This document shows, piece by piece, positions 28,936-50,045 of a DNA stretch of 64,000 nt. A program made the position numbers and the translations under genes. This DNA is from Blastocystis sp. Blastoise (Eukaryota > Protista > Bigyra: Opalinata). The stretch spans positions 868,001 to 932,000 of the forward strand of contig JBBPEB010000005.1 in NCBI GenBank assembly GCA_039096225.1. The letters are read 5' to 3'. The notes under the pieces were generated by a model. It made no database searches. It saw nothing but the letters and a program-made list of their open reading frames with translations, and was not told the origin of the DNA. Every line of letters starts with the position of its first letter. The stretch's first letter is position 1.

Positions 28936-29690
28936 ATGGAAATAGAAAAAGATCAAACAATAGAAGAGAAGTCTGAAAGTCCTATTCAACAAGAATCTTC
29001 TGAAACTGTTGAAACCCCTAATAGTCCTACTTCTGTATCTTCTAATACACCTACAACTACTGTTGGTGAAGAGTCTCCTAAGGTAAAGATGGAAATAGAA
29101 GAACCTGAAGTCAAACCTCAATTTACAAAGTGTTTAGGTATTGATTTTGGTAGTCAAGAAGTTGCTTTAGCTCAAGCAGATGTTAATGAACCTCATAAAT
29201 CTTCAATTATAAGAAATAAGCTATCTCATGATACTACTTCTTGTATAGTATCTTTCCATAGAAATGAACGTTCTTATGGAGAAAATGCTAATAGTAAGAG
29301 AACATTAGTTCCTTCTTCATGCTATAATGGATTTACTTTATTAATGAAATATGAGAATAATTTAGATGATTTCTTTAATGAATATCCAGATTTTTGTTAT
29401 GATGTTGAAAAACAAGAAGATGGTCAACTTTATTTTAAAGTAAATGGAGATGAAATTATAGATAAAGTTCATGTTTCTCATTGTATTTCTATGTTATTAC
29501 AAAAGATGAAAGAAATTGCAGAATGTGAAAATAAAGATATTACTCAAAAAACAGTTCTTGCTGTTCCTGATAATCTAGATGAAATAGCTTATAAACAATT
29601 ATATGATGCTTGTATTCTTGCTGGATTTACTAATATTAGTATTGCATCTACTTCAGTCTGTCAAGCTTATAGGTATATTTTTATGATTCA

Positions 29691-29728
<38 letters not shown>

Positions 29729-31075
29729 GTTATGGTATGAAATTAAAAACATTAAATGAATTACCTGAAAATACATCCAAAAATGTTCTTTTTGTTGATC
29801 AAGTATATATTTTTTATATTTATATTGAATACGTTGTTTAGTTATTATATTTACTATTTTTAGTTATTATATTTATATCTAAATTTATATATTATAAATA
29901 TAATAATATTACTATATAGGGTCATAGTTTTACGGATGTATATTTGGTTCATTATACTCCTACTTCTTGTAAGATATTATTATCGGATAGTATTATGGTA
30001 GGTGCTAAGAATTATGATATTGCTTTATATAAATATTTTAAACAAGATATTGAAAATAAAAAGAAAGGTATAGTATTATCCTATTTAATATTATTAATAT
30101 TATATATTTATATATATATATAGTGACAATAAAATCAAAATCAAAACAAAGTTTACGTTTATTAGATAGTTGTAATAAACTAAAAGAAATGCTCAGTGGT
30201 GTGTCATCTACAAGAATCACGTGCGGAGGTGTTTGTGGTGATGACGATGTTCTTTTAGAAATCTCCAGAGCTAAAGTATTTTTTTATTTTTATTATAATT
30301 TTTTTATAGATTTTTTTATTTTTATTATTTTTTTTTATTTAAGATTTTTTTATTATTTATTAATATTTATTATTTATTATAGTTTGAAGATTTATGTCGT
30401 CCTTCCTTCAATCGTGTTGAACAATTATTAAGTTCTTTCCAACAAAAATGTACGGAGAATAATTACACAATTGATACATTAGAAGTTGTTGGTGGTGGTT
30501 GTCGTATATATATTATTATTATTATTATTATTATGTTTATTATGTTTATTATTATATATAGGTGTACCTTATATAAAGTCCCTTTTATCTTCTCTCTTCA
30601 ATACTTCCCTCTCTTATACTGTCGATAGTGCCAGTTGTATTGCTAGAGGAGCTGCCATGCTGGGTGTATACTAGTATATATACTTATTATTATTATTTAA
30701 TATATCTATTATAATCTTCTCTTTTTTAAGCTAATATATATTTATAAAAACTAAGAATATAAATAATAATAATAATAATATATATCTATATAGTCCTAAG
30801 AGTATATATGCTTGTGAAGATAGTTATCTTCTTAATCCTTCTACTTCTTCAACATATATGCCTGTAACATTATATAATCAAATAATCGAAGTCGAAGCTA
30901 AACTCAATCAACGTGATCAAAAACAACAACGATTGGCTGCTGCTCGTAACTCTATTGAAAGGTATTATTTTTATTATTTTTTTTATTATTATTTTTATTA
31001 TTATTTTTATATTTAGTCTTATTGGTGATATGAAATCTGCTCAATATTCTGCTTTAGGAGAAAAATATATTAATC

Positions 31076-31116
<41 letters not shown>

Positions 31117-31306
31117 CGTTTATTATTATTATTATCTTTAATAATCTATAGGATACGTTAAGTTCTTTATTACAAGAATATGATGATTATTTATTAGATA
31201 ATATAGATATTCCTGAAGAAAAATTAATAGAAATGAAGAAAGAATTAGAAACAAAATTACATAATACATTTAAAGACTATTTTGAAGTATATTTATATTT
31301 TATTTA

Positions 31307-31348
<42 letters not shown>

Positions 31349-32292
31349 GCAAGTTCAAATAGAAAAAGAAAAAGTTGAAAAAGAATTAGAAGCTGCTGCT
31401 AAGAAACGAGCTGAAGAAGTATATATATATAACTATATATAAACTATATATAAACTATATATATAAATAGCAAGCCTTAAGTGGTAAAGAAGATCATGAT
31501 GATCGTAAATTAACGACTGCTGCGCGTCTTCAGAAAGTAGAACGTAATAAAAAGGAGGGAAATGATCTTTTTAAAGATAAAAACTATGCCCATGCCGCCA
31601 ATCGATATGTATATTTTTATTTTTTTATTGATTTATTTATTTATGATTAAATTTATATTATATTATTTGTTATTAGAGTTATTATTAACATTAAATTTAT
31701 TTATTGTATTATTAACATGAAATTTTTATATATTATGTATATATAATATATATAGGTTCAAGCTTTAACTCATTGTGGTAAGTTTTTCGATTTGAATGAA
31801 GAGGATAAGAAGACAGTTCAGGATTATCGTCTTTCTCTTTATCTTAATCTTGCTCAATGTTATATTAAACTAGAGAAATATGATAAAGCTATTGATAATT
31901 GTAATTATGCTATTGCTATTGATGCTAATAATGTTAAAGCATTGTATGTATATTATTATTTATTATTTATTTATTATTATTATTATGATATATTTATTAT
32001 TATTATGATAATTTATTTATAATAATAATAATTATTATTATTAATCTATAGATATCGACGTGCTCTTTGTTATGATAAGAAGAAACAATATATGGATTGT
32101 AAGAAAGATATTACACAACTTCTTAAATTGAATGCAGGTATATATATATATATTATTGATATATCTTATTTCTATATTCTAATTATTATAGAAGATGCTA
32201 GTGTCAAGAAATTAGCAGAGAAAAATGCTCTTGATGTAAAAAAAATTGAAATGAAAAGAAAAGAAATGGCTAAAAGAATGTTTGGTAACTAA
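28936..32292 (+). CDS. Hsp110/Hsp70-like nucleotide-binding domain fused to a C-terminal carboxylate-clamp TPR domain (about 12 introns)
   Basis: NBD motifs LGIDFGSQ, VLFVDQ|GHSF, LEVVGGGCR|VPYIK, TVDSASCIARGAAM. Lid-like helix EAKLNQRDQKQQRLAAARNSIES. TPR motifs KKEGNDLFKDKNYAHAANRY, YLNLAQCYIKL, NVKALYRRA. Ends KEMAKRMFGN*. Confidence 0.85.
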
Positions 32293-32316
32293 AAGAATGT
32301 TTGGTAACTAAAAGAA
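32270..32316 (+). repeat. 19-bp tandem duplication spanning the stop codon of the Hsp110-TPR gene
   Basis: CTAAAAGAATGTTTGGTAA twice, followed by a partial CTAAAAGAA. Confidence 0.9.
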
Positions 32317-33192
32317 ATTTCTTAATCTGAATATTTTTTCATCATTTTATTCTCATCTTTTTTATTTATTTTAATTTTAATTTTACTGTTATTCTAACAG
32401 TGTAGAATTCATTTCTTATTTTATTCTTCTTTTTTCTCTTTTTCAAATCCTATTATCTATTACTATTTCTAGTTGTTATCTAAATATTTTCTATAACTAG
32501 CATTCATCCAATTTATCGAGTTATTTATCATTCTCCTTTATGATTTTTCCGTTTGTTCTTCACTTGTTTTGTTTTCCATTACTTTTATAAACTCAAAGAT
32601 CTACAAAAAAAATATCAAATAAACAATCTAGACGTGTTTTTCACAAATAAGCATCTTAATATTAGATTGATTCCAATAAAATAAAATTTACAGTAGAAGA
32701 TGACCTTAATCAGTTTTAAAAACTCAATATAAACGTATTCTACGTAATAAAACGATAATTATAATATAGCATAGACAAAAATAAATAAAATAATAAAAAG
32801 ATGATTTAAAAGATAATAATCTATCTACAGAAAGATGACTCATAGTTTTTAAAAGGTTCTTTAGAATAAAAATCATGATTATCGAAATAGAACAAGCGAG
32901 TAAAACAAAATATTTACGATTTTTCGCACTGTAAGGAAAAAATTATCAAAAATGGAAGCCACAATTTTAAGAATATTTTTTGATCTCTAGAAATAGTATA
33001 AGGACTTTTCATAATATTATTTTATAAGAAAGGTTATCTACTTTATACTGTTTATTGAATTCTTCAGAAAAAATAGTAACTCCCTGTTACATCAAAATCT
33101 TGTTGACATCTTTTTTTGTCATTTGCTCATAAAAGTAAACAACAAACACTTATTGCGTATAGACTCTTCAAAAACCTATATCAAATCTCACT

Positions 33193-38245
<5,053 letters not shown>

Positions 38246-39501
38246 TTTATTTCTACTCTTTATAATCTTATTATAGACTACTATTATTTGTTCTATATTT
38301 ATATATTTTAAATCATCATATCTATCATAATTGTTTTTTTTTACATCTTTATTTTTTTTTATCTGCATACAAATTTTCTGATTTGTTCAAAATTTATTTT
38401 TATATTTTTATTTATCACACGCTTTATATTAATAACTTCTAAATCTCCTTTTCTTTTTTTAATTTTATATGATATATCTGGATCTACTCTTCGATCATTT
38501 TTAACCATTTCCATTTTTAAATTTATTAATTGTTCTTATTTTAACTCTGATCTACCTTTATACTTTTAGATCCTCTATTTTGTTCGAGTGCTCTATTTAC
38601 ATTGTATTTGTTAATTCTAATATATTGTTTTCGTTCATTATTTATATTAATTCGATACAAGAAATCATAAAGTTAATGTTTTTAATTATTAAAATAAAAA
38701 AAAATACTGTTCAATACATATTTAATAAATTAGACTCAAAAACGAAATTCTAGAAAAAAAAAACATAGTTTGTTTACTTGCAGTTTTTTGTTTTGGTTAT
38801 TATCCTGAATATAGTGTCTAAATTAAATAAAAAATTGCATTTTGCATATATATATATTCTTGTATTGTATATATAATAATACCTTTAATATAGAAAGTAT
38901 AATTCCATAAACATATGTTTTTATTAGTATTATTAAAAAGTATTATTTCTAGAAATACTAACTTGAAAGATTCTATAAATCTTTAAAATGATTTTTACTA
39001 ATATTATTACAACTTGGTTGAATATGAAATTAAAAACAGTGAATATAAAGAAGTTTATATATAAGGATTATCATTCCCATTCTTTTAGAAATCATATATG
39101 ATTGAATAAAAGTTTTTATGAATCATCTATGACTTTTCAAATGAATGATTTTCAAACAAAATTGTAATGGAGACGTTGGCATAATATAATAAAATTATTT
39201 AGTATATTATTTATTACAAAAAGAATATACTTTATTGATAAAAAGAAAGAAACAATACTTTTCTAGCAATTGTTTTCAAAGGGGAAATCAATGAGATTTT
39301 GTCCTCAAATCTCGCATATATATATAGGACTTTAATATAAAAACTAAAAAATACTTTTATAAAAGTAAAAAAACATGATTATCAAGATTTTTTAAAGTGG
39401 TTAAAAAGTGTTTTGTATTCTAATAGGGACAGGGGAAAACGGAATACCATTTATAGAAGATATTTGAAACAAAAAATTATTCTATTTCGTTTTTATTCAA
39501 A

Positions 39502-41747
39502 ATGAAATATTCAAGTATTGTTTTTGTTTTAGTTCTCATTGTTGAGATTTCTGCTTCAACATATTGTGCTTTCCCATCTTCTTATCGTGTAATTGTGTTT
39601 CATTCTGGTTTTATTAATACTATTAGGCGACTACAACTCAAAAATGTGTTGACATACCTAATCTAGCTCATGATTATTTTGACATTGCTGCCATGAAAGG
39701 TGAAGACGAACATAGTCAATTGTTAATTGAGCCAGAAACTGGATTTGCTAAGTTAGAATTTAATGATTTATATAAAGCTGATGGTTCTGTTTTTTCATCT
39801 AAATTTATGGAATATAAACAAGTATTTTCTTTATCCACTTTTATTTCTGTTATACATATTATTCTACTGTTTTTATATTCAATAAAATGAAAACTATATA
39901 TATTCACGTATTGTTATCTATGAATTTATATATATATATATATAAAGGTTGGTTTTGTATTTTGTGAATATAATGAGAGAGTACCTTATTCAGGTGGTGG
40001 TTGGCTTGCAGATCCTTTATTGGATATTCGCGGGGATAATATACCTTTGTCTAAAGAATATTCTCAAGTATATCTCTTTGTTATTTTTTATTAATATATA
40101 TTATGTATTATTTGTTTATATATATTATGTATTATTTGTTTATATATATTTAGATATTATTTGTTTATATATATTTAGATATTATTTGTTTATATATATT
40201 TAGATATTATTTGTTTATATATATTTAGATATTATTTGTTTATATATATTTTATATTATTTGTTTATATATAGATATTATTTGTTTATATATATTATATA
40301 TCCTATATTTAGACATTATATGTTTATATTCATGTACCTCGTGAAATCTCTGCAGGTATATATAAAGGAAATGTAACATTAACGATTAATAAGGATGTCC
40401 ATGCTATTCCTATGACTATCGAAGTATGGGATATTACTGTACCTACAGTTGCAGATGCTGTTATGAGTAGTTCTATGGTTATGGAGTATCTAATAATAAT
40501 CATAATAATTGAATAATAATTGAATAATAATCATAATCATAATCATAATCATAATCATAATATTTTAAGTTTTTCTTTAATATACTGCTTCTATATTTAT
40601 TGATCATATATATTATTTTTATATATATTTATATTTATATTAGAACTTCTTCTTTAAATACTCAGTATCCAGGAAAAGGATATGAAATGAAATGGAAATA
40701 TATGGATATGTCCACTGCTCACAGAATGCCTCCTTCACGTATATATATAGGAACACCTAGAGATTGGGAAGAACTAGAATATGTGTATATTATTAATATA
40801 TAAGGAATCTATATTGTGTTTATGAATCATTTGAATATAGTTTTAATAAAAACTTTATAATATAATACTCATAATCATAATAGTAGTATTATATTTATTA
40901 ATAATACTATATATATATAGTACAAAGACTGGTATTCGTCATCGCTCCATTCAACAAGTCAGTAATCTCTGGGGAGTCAGCGATTGTCAGTATACGGATG
41001 AATATGTGAAGAAAGTTATTGATTTACTTACTCCTGTAATGAAAAATCTTACTGAGGAAGGTATATATACTTTATATTTCATAATCTATATATATATTTC
41101 AATTTCTTGTAATAATCCTATTTAATATATATTATGTATAAATTTTCTTCGTTAATTATATAAACTAAAAAAATAAAATATAGCTTTGTATATATATGGT
41201 AATATTCTACTGATTCTATAAATAGGCAGTATTAGTAATCATTATGTTTATGGATTTGATGAAAGAGAACAAAGTGAATGTGAAGAAGGCATTCGTAAAT
41301 TATATGGAGCTCTTAAAGAAGCTTTCCCGGGTTTAAAAACAATGGCGGTATTAAATTGGGAGTTAATGCCAATTGACTTACCTGTTGATATATGGGTCTT
41401 ACAATATCAAGTATGTATTATATTCATTTTTTATTATTATATGTTCATTATTATTTTTTATATCTTATATTTATTCTTTATTATTTTATGCTCATTATAA
41501 TTATATTAATTATATGTTTATTATTATTATTGTTTATATTATTATATTTTATATTTATTTAATTAATCACTGTTCAATATTACAATTTTATATTATCTTC
41601 TTTAATATATTTTATCTTCTATATATATACTAGTTATATGAGAAACAAGTAGATAATATTCAAAAGTGGGTGGCTGCAGGAAAAGAGTTCTGGATGTATC
41701 ATTGTATTGAACCATCTAGAAATGGATATATATCCTTTCTCTATTAT

Positions 41748-41798
<51 letters not shown>

Positions 41799-41889
41799 TC
41801 TTATATTTCCTTCACTATTAACCTCAATGCATTTAATGAGAATTCACTCGCTAATGCTCGTCTTCTCTTCTGGTATCCCATGGATAAAC

Positions 41890-41926
<37 letters not shown>

Positions 41927-42522
41927 TATTATATTCATATAATAATTATATATATTTCTATAGGTTACTGGTTGGCTATATTATGCCACTGTGATCTATA
42001 ATAATTACCCTGGTCGTGGTACTAAGCCTAATACGCATAGAATAGGAGATACCGCCTTTACAGACTTCCCTCCCGCCAATTATATTTGGGATCCTAGAAC
42101 CGATATCTATGCTAATGGGGATGGGTATATATATAGAATATCATATATATATATTATAAATAATACCATATACATATTTTAAATAATATATATTTATTGA
42201 ACGACAACTAATTATATTCATTCCTATATTAATTAAATTATTTTATTCGATTATTATAAAATACTTATATTATTACTATTATATATATGTATGTAGTCAA
42301 TGGATATATCCAGGTGAATCTGGTCCTATTGATTCTCAACGTTTATGTAGTCTTCAAGATGGAATGGAAGATTTCGAATTAATGAAAATGTTAGATCCTG
42401 AAGTTGCTAAACCACTTATTCATAAGTTAGTTCGATCGGCTATTGATCATACAGATGATGCTCAATTATTAGAACAAGTTAGAAGAGAAGCAGCGAAACT
42501 TATTTTAGAAAAGAAACATTAA
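39502..42522 (+). CDS. Secreted DUF4091 / GH123-like glycoside hydrolase (putative beta-N-acetylgalactosaminidase), 10 introns
   Basis: Signal peptide MKYSSIVFVLVLIVEISA; GWLADPLL; YVYIHVPREISAGIYKGNVTL; catalytic-type YVYGFDE; FWMYHCIEP; ARLLFW..VTGWLYY; NGDG|QWIYPGESGPIDSQRLCSLQDGMEDFE (DUF4091 signature). TAA at 42520-42522. Confidence 0.85.
41730..41822 (+). other. U12-type AT-AC intron in the GH123-like gene
   Basis: 5' ATATCCTTT, branch point TTTCCTTCAC at 41806-41815, 3' TTAAC. Splicing gives CIEPSRNGY|LNAFNENSLANARLLFW, matching the family pattern. Confidence 0.9.
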
Positions 42523-43121
42523 GAAATATGGAATTAATATATATCGTTATATTATAGAAAAAACTTTGTTTATTTTTATTGACTGCTATCATAACATTTA
42601 TAAAAGGAAACATATGGAAGAAATGAGTATATTTTAGTCGACCAAATAAAATATTTAGTAAAGGAAAATTGATAGACACAAGGAATTGAATGATCTCAAC
42701 ATAAATATAAATTATTTCAAAGTCTGAATTCAATAAACAGTGTCATTGAACTCTCTATAAAAATTAGAAACAAAAATCTATAGACATATCCTATTTTTGA
42801 TAATGAATTAGTAAAATGATTATATAAAAAGACTTCTAGACTATATAGAGTAATTCCAAAATCCATTTCTAATCATAAGCTATACAATTTAATTCAATAT
42901 AGAAATGTAGAAAACAATTAGTTTTATAATGTAAGAAATATAATATTATAAGATATATTTTAACGACAAAAAACGCATGGTTAATATAGACATATTAATG
43001 CAGAATAAAAAAATAATGAAAATAGCTGCAAAATAATGAATTAAAAAAATATATGGAATTATTACATTGATTATGTTATACAATATTCCTCGAATAGCTG
43101 ACAAATTGTTTTCTTGTAGGT

Positions 43122-43193
43122 TCCGTGGTAGTATAGTGGCTAGTATCTCCGCCTGTCACGCGGATGACCGGGGTTCAATTCCCCGCCACGGAG
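43122..43193 (+). tRNA. tRNA-Asp(GTC)
   Basis: TCCGTGG/CCACGGA acceptor stem, TCCGC-CTGTCAC-GCGGA anticodon arm, GGTTCAATTCC T-arm, TTTT terminator. Confidence 0.97.
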
Positions 43194-43329
43194 TTTTCTT
43201 TTTCATTAATAGTTTTTTTAATTTTTTTTTTAAATTTTTAAAATTTTTTTTGATAACATAACAAACCATTAGAATTTTTCTTTATATAATTATAACATAC
43301 ATAAAACAATAAAAACAAATAATCAACAA

Positions 43330-45082
43330 CTATTCATCGTTTTCCAATTCTAGTAATGCGTCAAGATTATCCATATCGATGTTGCCATTATCCTATATAT
43401 ATAACATAAATATAGATCAGGATACGATTATAAGATAAATAAATGATTCTATGATATAGTAAACAAGATAAAACACTTACATAATTTTGTTGTGTTTGTG
43501 ATTCCGATGAAACAGTAGTTGAATTCTGTGCAATATTTTGATTTACAGATGATTCGCTCGATATTATATTATTCTTCGGTATTTCTGTACTCATATTATT
43601 TGATAGGCTGACTTGTGATTGTATATTATCATTATTAGAAGACTGATTTGAAGAAATAGGTATAATTGTATTTGTATTGATATCATTATTGATAGTTTTA
43701 TTGTTATCTATATCTATATTTGTATTACTAGCATTATCTATATTTTTATTAATATCATTATCTATATCTATATTAATAACATTATCTATATCTATATCTA
43801 TATTCTTATTAATATCATTATCTATATCATTATCTATATCTATATCTATATTCTTATTAATATCATTATCTATATCTATATCTATATTCTTATTAATATC
43901 ATTATCTATATCTATGGGATGTTCTATTAATTCGGAAGAGATCGGAATACTGTTATTTGAAGATATAAATACAGAGGGTGCGTCATTAGGGGAACTAATT
44001 GATTTAGATAATGATTCAGATAGTGGTCTATACTTATATACATAAATTGAATAAAAAGGAATAAATATTAATAAATAGAATGAATAATAATATATATTAA
44101 TGAAATTTTAAAAAAATAAATATTAAAAAAATAGAATGAATAATAATATATATTAATGGAATTAAAAAAAAATGTTAAAAGAATAGAATGAATAATAATA
44201 TATAAATCAAATAAATAAAAATAAAAAAAATGAATACAAATATATATATACTGTTGAGTATTTGTGACATTAGAAGCAGTACTATTATTAAGAGAATCAA
44301 TATAAGGTTGTTCTTCTTTCTTTCTTAATCCTGCCATATGTTCACGTATTAATTGTTTAGACATCGAGGTCTCTACCTATAAAACATATATATATATATA
44401 TTACACATTATAAGCTATAAAAAAATAATAATAATTATAAAAAAACATAATTCATATAAAGACTGTAAATAGAAAATAATATGTATATATGTATATACTT
44501 GTGAAATAACATCAACAAATGGTTTTCTGGAATATAAATGTAAACACCAATCTTTATATAATGATATAAGTAATTCTGTTTTTTTGGCCTATATAGTATA
44601 TAGATTCATTACACATGTATCTATACATTATTTATTATAAATATGATACATAATGAAAACATATATACTGTTGATTTATGTTTATGAAATGGAGTTTTGG
44701 AAACTTTCTCCACAAGAGCGTCAATACCTTTATTTTCAACAAGTGAAACTACATTAAATGGCTCTGCTTTCTTAGCTAATTTCTTTTTGACATCTGAAGC
44801 AATTTTTTTCATAGCTGCATCATCTAATGATGTATTTGTATCAAATGAAGACCCAAACACTAATCAAATAATGAGAAATATATATTTAGATACAGCTTTT
44901 TCTTGGTGATTCTTCATTCTGAGATTCCTTATTATCATTCTCATCATTTGAAAAAGAATAATGAAGGTCTTGAGACTCATCATATGTTGAATCTATATAA
45001 AAAAAACATTTTTTTGATAAAATAAATAAGGAATTTTACTATATGGTTTATTTTTCAATGGTGACGAGAAACTATAACTCAT
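43330..45082 (-). CDS. TIPIN: Replication fork protection protein TIPIN/Csm3/Swi3
   Basis: ATG 45082 gives MSYSFSSPLKNKP. Spliced Swi3 domain EPFNVVSLVENKGIDAL..LLISLYKDWCLHLYSRKPFVDVISQVETSMSKQLIREHMAGLR. Acidic tail ends LLELENDE* (TAG 43330-43332). Confidence 0.8.
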
Positions 45083-45265
45083 TTTAATTCGGAATACAAC
45101 AATAAAAGCAGATAAAACAGAAACAACTTTGAATTGGCGGGAGTTTTTTTAGAAAAGAGGGCAAAATGTAAAATCAAGATTATTTGGCACTTTCTGAATA
45201 AAACAATCAATTGTGTCGTCAAGAGCTTTTTCTCATTCGAATAAATATATATCTTATGTATAGAG
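45083..45265. promoter_or_regulatory. Putative bidirectional promoter containing an E2F-like TTGGCGGGA element
   Basis: 183 bp between divergent ATGs (45082 minus, 45266 plus); TTGGCGGGAG at 45134-45143. Confidence 0.45.
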
Positions 45266-47512
<2,247 letters not shown>

Positions 47513-48129
47513 TATATATATATATATATAATGTTTATTTTAGAAATTTATTATGTTTTTTTATTTTCCATCTTTTTTTCTTTTTATATTACTTATGAAA
47601 GAGATCTTTGTGTAATATCCCAGAATGATCATATTATGACATTTCATCTGTTCATCTAAGTGTGTTTCCTTTTTCGATGATAAATTAAAATTTAAAAAAA
47701 AAAATTTAATCCACAAATAAGATATTATAAGCAATAAACATGGAAACTTGTTTTAATCAACCAATTATTTGAAATAAAATACTTAGATAATACTCAAAAA
47801 GCTTTCAAGTTTGTTGTTAATCGTATTTATATCAAAGATTGCATTTAGCAGCTATAAACAAATGAATTCAAACAAATTATAAGGTATCAACACAACAAAA
47901 AGATTGATAATTTTTGAAATATTGTTTATGAAGTTCTAATGTCCCTGAAAATATTAATTACCTTAAAATAATTTTAAGATAGCAAGAGCAATTCAATTAA
48001 GAAAACGAAGAAAAATGAAGAATGAAAATATTGAATTTTTCAGTAATCCAATACTCTTTTTCCATGAAGATAACTCGAGGAGTAAAAAATAGTGTTTTCT
48101 CTAGATATCTTAATTAAACTGTTATTACG

Positions 48130-49969
48130 ATGATCAAGTATTTTATACTCTTCTCTGTAGTTATTCTTGCATGTATGACTATCTGATATTAATAATAATA
48201 TGCATATTAAAGGTTATGCTTGTGATCAAGGAGAAATTCCACTCTTAGTTACAAAAGTATATGGTAATAAGGCTTGGCATGAGTCATGCGAGGTATGGGA
48301 TGGCAATATAGGAACTGGAAAGCTTCTTGGATCCTTTCAAGGAGAGGATGAAAAAGATTGGACTTATGAACAATTTGAAGCTTGTATCCTTCCTGGAAAT
48401 ATCTCTATAGCAATGCACGCAAAGTATCATTTATTATTATATTATTTTAGAATAAAATCTTCTCTTTTAAATTTTTTTTTGACATTTTTCTATATATATA
48501 TAATTATTATTATTATTTTATTATTAAGATATGGAAATGGTTGGGGAAGTGATAGTTATCAGCCTTATGTAGAGATTATGATAGGCCGTTCAAAGTATTA
48601 TAAAACATATATGCCTTATCGATTTGATGAGACATACGAGCATGATAATTCTACAACAACAAGTATATTATTCTATTTATTTCTTATATATATATATATA
48701 TATTTCTAGTAAGCCTAACGGATCCCTTTGGTTCTCTTTGGAAATTGAGTGATATTCCTTATTCATCACCTGTATGGACAAAACCCTCCTTTGACGATTC
48801 TGATTGGTCGACATACCCTGGAGGATCCCTCCCCGTGTTAACAGAAGTCACTCGATATTATAGACGCCAAGTTAGTATACAGGATATAGAAAACATATCA
48901 ACTTTCTATTTCAATTTCTATACTAATGGAGGTGTTATTCTATATATACAAGGTCAAGAAATCTATAGAAAGAACCTCCCTAAGTATGATTTATTATTAT
49001 TATTTACTTTTCCATTATTATTATTATTATTATGTTTTTTCATTATTAGTATTGTAATTTTTTTTTCTATTATTGTTATTATATGTTTTTTCATAATTAT
49101 TAAAACTATGGACTTTTTTATTTTCATTATTATTTTTTTTTATTATTATTATTTTCATTATTATTATGAGTATATTTATAATATATATATAGAGGTGAGA
49201 TCAACCCTTATACGTATGCTGTTGGAATCAAACAACAAAATATCACTTTACAAACGTATTCTATATCTATATATATATATTACGTTACTATAATAATATC
49301 ATTGTTATATTTCTTTAGTATTGCTATTAGTAAACATTTTTTTCATGCTTCTACATCTATTACTATTGCTCTTGAAATCCATTTATTTGATTTCGAATCA
49401 TTTATTCCCGTAAATAACTTGGATCCATTCGATGCATTCTTAAGTCCTTTTATTATGAAAAATAGCTGTATGTATATATATATATCACTAATTATATTTA
49501 TTACTGTATATTTATATTAATTTATATATATATATATATGTCACTAATAATATTTATTATTATGTATTTATATTACTTTATATATAGCCTGTACGAATTC
49601 TCTCTTCTATTATGGTACAGGTGACAGTATTCCTGAAGGAGAAAAAGGTCATAAAGTTAATACTGTCTTCCAAGAAATAAGTTCTAGTTATTTTACTACA
49701 AATAAAACCCATACTCCTGTTTTCTATTATATACTTCCTAATCATCTTTCAGAAGTGATTACTTCTTATTCTGTCATGTCTTCTCTTGATACTGCGTATA
49801 GTGACCCTCTTTCTTGGTCTATTTATGGGTCAGTTGATAATAATACATGGTTTCAAATAGATTATCAAGAAAATGTCCATTTCAAACTTCGACAAGAAAA
49901 ACATGTTTATTCATTAATAAGCAATTATCACCCTTTCTCTATATATAAACTTGAAATATGTATGTTTTG

Positions 49970-50045
<76 letters not shown>

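Noticed and set aside
48383-48392. GTATCCTT as a U12 GT-AG donor
   Set aside because: Lies within continuous coding sequence (EACILPGNISIAM) that matches the paralogs; no downstream U12 branch point.
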